Origin: an uncultured Methanosarcinales archaeon
GTDB lineage: Archaea; Nanobdellota; Nanobdellia; Woesearchaeales; ARS49
Length of the DNA stretch: 64,000 nt
Assembly (NCBI GenBank): GCA_964637115.1
Contig: CAZWVL010000008.1
Location: forward strand, 10,268 to 74,267
Reading direction: 5' to 3'
Positions 57,362-64,000 of this stretch are shown in pieces. The position numbers and the translations under genes are program-made. Under the pieces are notes generated by a model that ran no database searches, had not been told where the DNA came from, and saw only the letters and a list, made by a program, of their open reading frames with translations. Positions within the stretch are counted from its first letter, which is position 1, and each line of letters starts with the position of its first letter.

Positions 57362-58135
57362 TCATTTGAAGGATTTGCTTCTTTTCCAGAAGTCTTCAAA
57401 ATAAGCATTGAACGTATCTGTAACATCTTGATTTGTGATGAGCATTACCAACGGTTTCTTTGTTTGGATTCGTTCTTGTGTTTGGAGAAAGATGCCAGTT
57501 ACATCTTTATAGCAGACAAACCCTGCAGGTGTTTTAATGTCTATTGGCATGTATCTCGCATCACATCCTTTGTAGCTATTCCTGTTTTTCAGAATTTCAG
57601 GGTCTGTGCCTTGATTGAATAATATCTTGCTTTTGATGCCTTTTTTAACTCTTTTAAGATGGTCTCTCTGCCAGTATAGGTGGAATCGTTCTTCTTGGAC
57701 TGGATAGACGCCCCATGAATGATATTCGTCTCCTGCTTTTAGTTTGGTGTATTGGTATTCCCATGCAGTTATGAAGCCTTTGAAACCTTCGAATAATTCC
57801 ACACGACTCTCGACAGGTTTAGCTAATGGCTTGAGTTGTGGGAGCAATTTCTTGATTTTTTCTTTGTTCTCGTCAAGCTTGTTCTTTTTTTCTTCGATAT
57901 AATCCAATAGTCTGTCTGGTTCGGCGGCTTGAAAATACTTTGTTTTTTCCTTGATAATGTATGCTGCCAGGCCTTTCTCGATAAGACCGTCCAGGATCCG
58001 GTAAATAATTGAATTCGCAACACCTGATTCTTTCACTATTGGTCCTGCTGTCGAAGATCCAAGCTTCAGGAGAGCCAGATATACTTTAGCTTCTCCTTCG
58101 GTCAACCCCGCTTCTGTGATTAGCATTGCATCCAT
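57362..58135 (-). CDS. TrmB-family transcriptional regulator
   Basis: GLTEGEAKVYLALLKLG...SIIYRILDGLIEKGL; FEGFKG. Confidence 0.88.
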   Translation of the reverse strand: MDAMLITEAGLTEGEAKVYLALLKLGSSTAGPIVKESGVANSIIYRILDGLIEKGLAAYIIKEKTKYFQAAEPDRLLDYIEEKKNKLDENKEKIKKLLPQLKPLAKPVESRVELFEGFKGFITAWEYQYTKLKAGDEYHSWGVYPVQEERFHLYWQRDHLKRVKKGIKSKILFNQGTDPEILKNRNSYKGCDARYMPIDIKTPAGFVCYKDVTGIFLQTQERIQTKKPLVMLITNQDVTDTFNAYFEDFWKRSKSFK

Positions 58136-58233
58136 GTGTGCAAGTAATCTGCGTTGCTATATAAAGTTTTACATTACACCACCAGTAGTGGTGGGATAAT
58201 ATTGAAATAGTTTGATAGAATTGTTATAACTGT

Positions 58234-59394
58234 ATGAGAGTGAAAACAACGCATAATACTGGAACAATACTTTTGGCAGCCATCTTGGTTTTCCTGCTTC
58301 AAGCCTGCGCAGTCCAAGACAAAACGATAGGGATTGGCGCAGTGCTTCCCCTGGTTGGTTTAGAAACTGAAGTCAAAGATGAAATGATAAGGGTCGGCGC
58401 AGTGCTTCCCTTGATTGGTTACGGAGCTGAGAATGGAGAAAATGCCCTAAAGGGGTATCAGCTAGCCGTCGAGGAGATCAACCAGAAAGGAGGATTGCTT
58501 GACAAAACGTTGGAATTGGTCGTGGCGGACCACGCAGGAGATAATACTGCTGAGGCATTAAGCGCGTATCGTTCATTAAAGGTTCATGATATTAACCTAA
58601 TGCTGGGTCCAAATTATTCACCTTTGGGACAAGCGATGGCGCCTATTGCATGCGAAGAGAACACCTTACTTATCTCGGCCGCGATAGGAATAAGGGGCTT
58701 TGTCGAAGAATGCGACTTGATATTCAACTTACGGCCTGTAGATTACCAAAACAGCGTGCTCTTGGGCGAAACCGTTGTGAAAAGCGGAGGCAAACGCATA
58801 GCAATACTTGGATCAGAGCAATCTTGGGAACGAGAACAAGCCGAAGGTGTAAAACAAGGAGTGGAACAGTCAAAAGGAAACATCGTAGCGTATATTATAG
58901 CTCAAAATGAACCAACTGATTTCCGCACAGAAGCAACAAAAATCATCCATGCCGAAGCAGATTCGGTAATATTTACCAATCATGGCTATATGCACTTGGC
59001 GGCAAAGAGGCTACGAGAACTAGGATCTACTGCAAAATTTTATGTTGTTATTCTTGATGAAACAAAAAAAGACGGAGCTCAGGGAGCATTTGAAAACACA
59101 GTAATAATAACAAGTCTCACGCCAACTCAGGAATTCATAGAAAAGTTTGAGTCGAAATACAATAAGAAACCCGACTTTCCCGCAGATAGCTCGTATGACG
59201 CATTAATGCTACTCGCTCAGGCCATTAGTAATACAAATAGTACTGATCCCCAAGTTTTGGCGACATACTTGACGAGTCTGAAACAGTATAAAGGAGCTTC
59301 CGGAAACTTAACTCTAACTGAGAATAGGGGCGTAACAAAAGACGCAACATTTCAGATAGTAAAAAACAATACCATAATCAGGTATGAACCATAA
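58234..59394 (+). CDS. LivK-like ABC substrate-binding lipoprotein
   Basis: IRVGAVLPLIG, AVEEINQKGG, LGP, YDALMLLAQA, GASG; lipobox LQAC. Confidence 0.85.
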   Translation: MRVKTTHNTGTILLAAILVFLLQACAVQDKTIGIGAVLPLVGLETEVKDEMIRVGAVLPLIGYGAENGENALKGYQLAVEEINQKGGLLDKTLELVVADHAGDNTAEALSAYRSLKVHDINLMLGPNYSPLGQAMAPIACEENTLLISAAIGIRGFVEECDLIFNLRPVDYQNSVLLGETVVKSGGKRIAILGSEQSWEREQAEGVKQGVEQSKGNIVAYIIAQNEPTDFRTEATKIIHAEADSVIFTNHGYMHLAAKRLRELGSTAKFYVVILDETKKDGAQGAFENTVIITSLTPTQEFIEKFESKYNKKPDFPADSSYDALMLLAQAISNTNSTDPQVLATYLTSLKQYKGASGNLTLTENRGVTKDATFQIVKNNTIIRYEP

Positions 59395-59535
59395 TTGAAT
59401 ATGATTTGAATTATCACTAGGAAATACTTCAGTGTAAGATTATGACAGAAATCCCCCACCTTCTTGAACGATTTTCGGGAACACTTGACTGAACGTTACA
59501 AAATCTTTTTATTCTCCATGCAGTCTGACCGTCAT

Positions 59536-60189
59536 ATGCATCCATTACTACCTGAAAAATTAAAGGACATAATTGCCAAAGAAGGCATAACTACATTCAG
59601 GCCTGCGCAGGAGAAGGCGTTAAAGGCAGGACTTCTTGAGCACAAAAGTTTGCTGATTTGCACGCCAACAGCTTCAGGCAAGACATTAATTGCGGAAATG
59701 GCGGCGATGAAGAACATTTTGGAAGGAAGGGGCAAGGCAATCTATATTGTGCCATTGATTGCGCTTGCAAATGAAAAGTACAAGGAGTTTAAGAGAAAGT
59801 ACGGACATTTATGCAAAATTGCGTTAAGCATCGGAGATTTGGATGGTTCAGACCCGTATCTTGTGGAATATGACTTCATCATCTGCACTGCAGAAAAACT
59901 AGATTCATTAATCAGACATCATTCGCCCTGGCTAAGCTTTGTTTCTCTCGTTGTCATTGACGAAATCCACCTGATTAATGACGTTGAAAGAGGGCCGACA
60001 TTGGAAATTTTAATTACGGTCATGAAACAAATTCTCAAGAACGTGCAAATTGTTGGACTAAGTGCAACAATTGGAAACCCGGATGAACTGGCAGACTGGC
60101 TTGGAGCAACCCTTGTAGAAGATAATTGGCGCCCAGTGCCGCTAAAAAAAGGAACGTTCTTCGGCGGAGAAATAGAGTTCATTGAATAA
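59536..60189 (+). CDS. Hel308/Ski2-like helicase, first RecA domain only
   Basis: FRPAQ, TPTASGKT, DEIH, GLSAT, WRPVPL then stop. Confidence 0.85.
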   Translation: MHPLLPEKLKDIIAKEGITTFRPAQEKALKAGLLEHKSLLICTPTASGKTLIAEMAAMKNILEGRGKAIYIVPLIALANEKYKEFKRKYGHLCKIALSIGDLDGSDPYLVEYDFIICTAEKLDSLIRHHSPWLSFVSLVVIDEIHLINDVERGPTLEILITVMKQILKNVQIVGLSATIGNPDELADWLGATLVEDNWRPVPLKKGTFFGGEIEFIE

Positions 60190-60733
60190 AATTAAATATT
60201 GGAAAATTAAAAATTGAATACGCAAGACCCAACGTAAGAGCGGTAATCAAAAATCCAATCAAAACACCTGCATAATCAAGCTCAAACAATTCTTTTCCTG
60301 CACGGAAAAACGTTGCAAAACCAAGAATGTAACCATAAGCTAACAACACTGCAGAAGCTCCACCACCATACGGAACAAAAGTCAATGCGCCGGCAAAGAA
60401 AGTAGTAACAGCGGGAGCAACCATTGCCAACACCAACGCAGCAAGACCCTCATAATAACCGCCATTACCATCAAGAACGTGCATCGCAACAGTGAAGAAA
60501 AACGCAGCGACAAGATGAACAACTATAAATCCCAGCACCCCAATGACAATGCCATACGAAAGCATATTTGGAGGCATCCAAGTGCTCAAAAACTGCCAGG
60601 TGAAAAAAAGCAGCCCAGCAGTCTCAAACAAGGCAGCTGCAAACAAGTACACCAGAATTCTAGCATAACTCTGCGTCTTTGCCTTCCTGATTTCATCTAC
60701 GGGATCGAATAACAGTGCAAACATTATACCCAC
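60179..60733 (-). CDS. Yip1-like multi-TM protein
   Basis: Five TM helices; N-terminal LLFDPVDEIRK. Confidence 0.6.
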   Translation of the reverse strand: MGIMFALLFDPVDEIRKAKTQSYARILVYLFAAALFETAGLLFFTWQFLSTWMPPNMLSYGIVIGVLGFIVVHLVAAFFFTVAMHVLDGNGGYYEGLAALVLAMVAPAVTTFFAGALTFVPYGGGASAVLLAYGYILGFATFFRAGKELFELDYAGVLIGFLITALTLGLAYSIFNFPIFNFIQ

Positions 60734-60774
60734 TCTTTTTGAAAGAATAATGAGAAAAGCGTATTTAAAGGTAT

Positions 60775-62073
60775 CTAAAGACCAATACTCGCCAATAATC
60801 TTTCCTTGTCAAACTGCTGCAAGTCCTCGTATTCCTGCCCGATGCCGAGGAATAAAATTGGTTTTTGAGTAACGTAGCTGACGGAGATTGCAGCGCCGCC
60901 TTTTTCGTCAACATCTGCCTTGGCAAGGATGATGCCATCAATGCCAACTGCTTCGTTAAATTTCTTTGCCTGCTCGACACAATCATTGCCGGTAATGCTT
61001 TCGCCTACAAAAATTTTCAGGTCGGGCTTTGCAACGCGCATAATTTTTTTCATCTCATCCATCAAATTAATATTGCTGTGCAAACGGCCGGCAGTGTCGA
61101 TGAGGACAACGTCATTCTTTTTTGCTTCGGCATGCTTGATGGCATCAAAAGCGACTGCAGCAGGATCAGACCCATAATCTTGGCGGATAAGCTTGACGTT
61201 TAATCTGTCTGCGTGCAATTGCAATTGGTCAATTGCGGCCGCTCTAAAAGTATCAGCAGCTGCCAAGACGACAGACAGGCCGTGATTCTGCAAATATTTC
61301 GCGACTTTTGCAATACTGGTAGTTTTTCCAGAGCCGTTCACGCCAACAAAACAAATGACAAAAGGCTTCTTTTGCTTTGCACGCCCAAGCAGGTCAATCT
61401 GAGGAACTTTGAATAAGTCCTCAATGCTGATGTGCAAAGAATTTGCAATTGTTTCCTCAACTTTTCCTCTCGGAATAGGCTTGTCGACAAGTTGTAATTT
61501 CAAATCCTGCTTGATTTTCTCAATGACCTCAACAGCGACATTGTTTTCCAATAATGCAAGTTCAAGGTCCCAGAACATTTCATCGAATTTTTCAGCACTT
61601 ATCCTCTTTGTAGTAATAGTTTCAGTAATGCGCTGGAAAAAACCTTTCTTTTCAGGCTCTTCGACTTTGATCTCTTCTTTGATTTCAGGCTTTTCAACTT
61701 TTACTTCTACTTTTTCCTCAACTTTAATTTCGGGTTTGGCTTCGACCTTTGGAGCGACAAATGTTTCCTTAATTTTTGCGAAAAATCCCTTCTTTTCTTC
61801 CTTGACTTCTATTTTTTCTTCAATTTTGGGCGTTTCGACCTTGATTTCTTCCTTAACTTCAACTTTTGGCGTTTCCTTCTTTACTTCCGGCTTTTTTTCC
61901 ACCTTTGGTTTTTCTTTCTTGACTTCAGGCTTTTTCTCAACTTCCTTTTTCTTAGGCGGCTCTACAACTACTTCCTTCTTAACCTCGACTTTCTCTTCGG
62001 GAACTTCCTCCTCCACCTTTTTGGTGAACTTGGACAATACCCCCTTCAGCTTGTCTTTCAGAAAATTGAACAT
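60775..62073 (-). CDS. ftsY: SRP receptor FtsY
   Basis: K/E-rich N-terminus; GVNGSGKTT, DTFRAAA, DTAGR, KADVDEKGG. Confidence 0.96.
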   Translation of the reverse strand: MFNFLKDKLKGVLSKFTKKVEEEVPEEKVEVKKEVVVEPPKKKEVEKKPEVKKEKPKVEKKPEVKKETPKVEVKEEIKVETPKIEEKIEVKEEKKGFFAKIKETFVAPKVEAKPEIKVEEKVEVKVEKPEIKEEIKVEEPEKKGFFQRITETITTKRISAEKFDEMFWDLELALLENNVAVEVIEKIKQDLKLQLVDKPIPRGKVEETIANSLHISIEDLFKVPQIDLLGRAKQKKPFVICFVGVNGSGKTTSIAKVAKYLQNHGLSVVLAAADTFRAAAIDQLQLHADRLNVKLIRQDYGSDPAAVAFDAIKHAEAKKNDVVLIDTAGRLHSNINLMDEMKKIMRVAKPDLKIFVGESITGNDCVEQAKKFNEAVGIDGIILAKADVDEKGGAAISVSYVTQKPILFLGIGQEYEDLQQFDKERLLASIGL

Positions 62074-62074
62074 C

Positions 62075-62485
62075 TTATTGTATTAGCTTCCTCAGCTCTT
62101 CCTGAACTTTTCCAGCATTTTCTGTAATCTTTTGCATTTGCTCGGCAAGCTCTTCCTGCAATTTGCGCAGTTCAGTTGACTGGGCTGAAATAACTTTCTT
62201 TGCTTCTGGAATGCTCTTCTGCACGACAGCACCGCCGCCGACATTTAGCAGTACACTATCAGTCTCTTCAAGCTTTGCCTTCACAAAAAGACCAGGTGTT
62301 AAGGTCACTATCGCAGGACTGCCGGCCTTTGACTGTGCAAACTCATCCAAAGCCTGCTGGACAATATCCATCTCTCCGGCCTGCTGTTCAAGAGCCTGCA
62401 CTTGCTGCTGAACCTGCTGCATCTGATGCTGCATCATCTGCAATTCCATATACTTCTGCTTGACTTCCTTAGGCATGTCCGTCAT
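62075..62485 (-). CDS. pfdA: Prefoldin alpha subunit
   Basis: Coiled coils flanking PGLFVKAKLE...VLLNVGGGAVV beta hairpins. Confidence 0.88.
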   Translation of the reverse strand: MTDMPKEVKQKYMELQMMQHQMQQVQQQVQALEQQAGEMDIVQQALDEFAQSKAGSPAIVTLTPGLFVKAKLEETDSVLLNVGGGAVVQKSIPEAKKVISAQSTELRKLQEELAEQMQKITENAGKVQEELRKLIQ

Positions 62486-62649
62486 TGCAATTTCTCCAAT
62501 AATTCTTCCAGGAAATGGCCGTACTCGTGCTCTGCTTTCAGGAATCTGACAGCGGCATCCTGTGAAGCAGTTTTTCCTTCTCTCTTAAAATGCTCAAGCT
62601 CACGCTTGACCAGTTCTTTGAGGTAAGTGGTCTCGTCCTTCGTTAACAT
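62482..62649 (-). CDS. Small hypothetical protein (55 aa)
   Basis: GGAGG SD before MLTKDE; coupled to pfdA. Confidence 0.55.
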   Translation of the reverse strand: MLTKDETTYLKELVKRELEHFKREGKTASQDAAVRFLKAEHEYGHFLEELLEKLQ

Positions 62650-63388
62650 TTTTACCCTCCGCAACTTTAATGTGAATATCACCAAAAGCTTCTGATTGTT
62701 CCAATTCAACTTTTTGGCTGTTAGCCAAGTGAAGCAATGGAATAAAAGTGTAGACTTTGTCCTGTCTTGATTCGCCAGGCAACAGTTCTTTGAACGTAAG
62801 CTTCTTTCTCACGCCGAACAATGACGAAATACGCTGGAACAAATTTGTAAGCGCGGCAGTAACGTCAAACGTTCTTTGAGGTAGGGGCATTGGAGGAGGA
62901 ACACTCTGCAAAACACGGCGCTGCTTGACTTCCAAAGCCTTTTCTAACGCCTTGACAAGATCATAAACACTGACTTTTCTTCTGCGCGCTTGCGGCAATC
63001 TCGGCAAGAGTTCATAATCTTCCTTAAGACCTTGTTCTTCGCCTCTGGCAAGCTCCTGTTCAAGCTCATCATAAAACTGCTCCTGAGACATATCTGCACC
63101 TGCAATCAAACGGTCGAATTCATCCAAATCATCGCTGACAAGCTTGGTGCTCTTAATGCGCAACAAGATTGAAGCTGCAAGCAAAACTTTTCCGCCAACC
63201 TTCAAATCCTGCTCTTTCATCTGATTCAGGCGGTCAATGTATTTTTCAGTAAGCAAAGAAATGTCAATGTTCCAAGGATCCATCTGTTCCGTGCTGATGA
63301 GATCCATAATGATAGCCTTCCAGCTAAACTCATTCTGCTCTACCAACAGGGAAAATATCTTGTCCTGCGATTTAGCCCCGGATTCCAT
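62600..63388 (-). CDS. scpA: Segregation and condensation protein A (kleisin)
   Basis: MDPWNIDISLLTEKY, ILLRIKS, FIPLLHLAN...LEQSEAFGDI. Confidence 0.88.
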   Translation of the reverse strand: MESGAKSQDKIFSLLVEQNEFSWKAIIMDLISTEQMDPWNIDISLLTEKYIDRLNQMKEQDLKVGGKVLLAASILLRIKSTKLVSDDLDEFDRLIAGADMSQEQFYDELEQELARGEEQGLKEDYELLPRLPQARRRKVSVYDLVKALEKALEVKQRRVLQSVPPPMPLPQRTFDVTAALTNLFQRISSLFGVRKKLTFKELLPGESRQDKVYTFIPLLHLANSQKVELEQSEAFGDIHIKVAEGKNVNEGRDHLPQRTGQA

Positions 63389-63429
63389 ACGATAAAATCT
63401 GAGAAGGACACTATATAAATGTTGTGCGC

Positions 63430-63443
63430 AAAAGGTTTTTAAA
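63430..63443 (+). promoter_or_regulatory. BRE/TATA promoter of tRNA-Val
   Basis: AAAAGG-TTTTTAAA about 25 nt upstream of the tRNA. Confidence 0.6.
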
Positions 63444-63467
63444 GCAGTACGAAGAGGACAATATCAC

Positions 63468-63540
63468 GGACCTGTAGTTTAGTGGCTATAACGTCTCCCT
63501 TACACGGAGAAGGTCGGCAGTTCGAATCTGCCCAGGTCCA
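63468..63540 (+). tRNA. tRNA-Val (anticodon TAC), CCA not encoded, no intron
   Basis: Acceptor GGACCTG/CAGGTCC; anticodon arm TCTCC-CTTACAC-GGAGA; T-loop GTTCGAAT. Confidence 0.95.
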
Positions 63541-63575
63541 CTAAACTTTAATACAACCAGTCATTATTCAATAAA

Positions 63576-63878
63576 ATGCCCACCGTAGCAGATGTTGCAT
63601 TAGAACTCGCAGAAGTTGTTGCTTGGTTGAATGCTTGGAAAGGCTCTGAGCCTGAAGTGTTGCCTGAGGCTCGTGGACGTTGTCTCACAATCCTCAATGA
63701 AACATGGGATTTTCTATTTCCTGGAGAACGCGTACCCAGAAAAAGCACGAAAATAGAACCTGAAGCGCTCGCCGTTCAACTCAGACAAGCAAAAGGATTA
63801 CTGGAGAAAGACTCTTTTGACAAAACGACCGTGCGTGATATTTTGGCTAACGTCATCGCTTTTTTTCAACAGACATAA
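63576..63878 (+). CDS. Hypothetical protein (100 aa)
   Basis: Clean ORF after the tRNA. Confidence 0.55.
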   Translation: MPTVADVALELAEVVAWLNAWKGSEPEVLPEARGRCLTILNETWDFLFPGERVPRKSTKIEPEALAVQLRQAKGLLEKDSFDKTTVRDILANVIAFFQQT

Positions 63879-63917
63879 CATTTAAGAAGCCACATTCTTC
63901 ACATAACTGAAAAAGAG

Positions 63918-64000
63918 ATGAACAACAAATTACTATTATTGGGAACGCTCATAGTTATAGCGATAGTTGCAGCAAGCTATTATTATGTTAGTCCGATTAT
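63918..64000 (+). CDS. Partial exported/membrane protein (3'-truncated)
   Basis: MNNKLLLLGTLIVIAIVAASYYYVSPI runs off the window. Confidence 0.5.
   Translation, partial: MNNKLLLLGTLIVIAIVAASYYYVSPI

Noticed and set aside
61409-62086. 225-aa plus-strand ORF opposite ftsY
   Set aside because: Reverse-frame artefact of the K/E/V low-complexity FtsY N-terminus.
63468-63878. tRNA-Val as an integration site for the downstream ORFs
   Set aside because: No integrase and no duplicate of the tRNA 3' end within the window; cannot be judged at the edge.

Overview
Gene-dense archaeal chromosome segment in the standard genetic code, with TATA/BRE promoters and GAGGTGA Shine-Dalgarno motifs. Archaeal information-processing genes (GINS, L44e, S27e, aIF2-alpha, Nop10, aIF1A, Dph2, prefoldin-alpha, FtsY, ScpA, tRNA-Val) sit beside bacterial-type metabolism and envelope genes (class II FBA, RpiB/Rpe/split transketolase, LspA). 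That mix points to a DPANN archaeon, most likely Woesearchaeota (inference). Main content: a distributed glycogen toolkit (GT3, GT4, GH57, GH15, debranching enzyme, GalT-like); a 10-kb glycogen/pentose-phosphate operon; many exported, lipobox or pilin-like Cys-rich proteins; an 11-repeat Ig-like surface protein; and a 2.5-kb AT-rich island. Strongest unexplained signals: (1) both transketolase subunits have intact frames but have lost essentially all catalytic residues, and the C-terminal subunit is fused to the DUF5752-like module found in two other genes of the operon; (2) a family of bulged palindromic REP-like elements, two of which sit at operon junctions and carry mini-ORFs bridging the upstream stop to the downstream start, one with a 32-bp duplication of a gene start; (3) an attC-like hairpin plus an inverted-repeat-flanked AbiTii-like gene inside a direct-repeat-bounded island. 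No integrase, transposase, CRISPR array or rRNA was seen. All family calls come from motif recognition by eye; no database searches were run.
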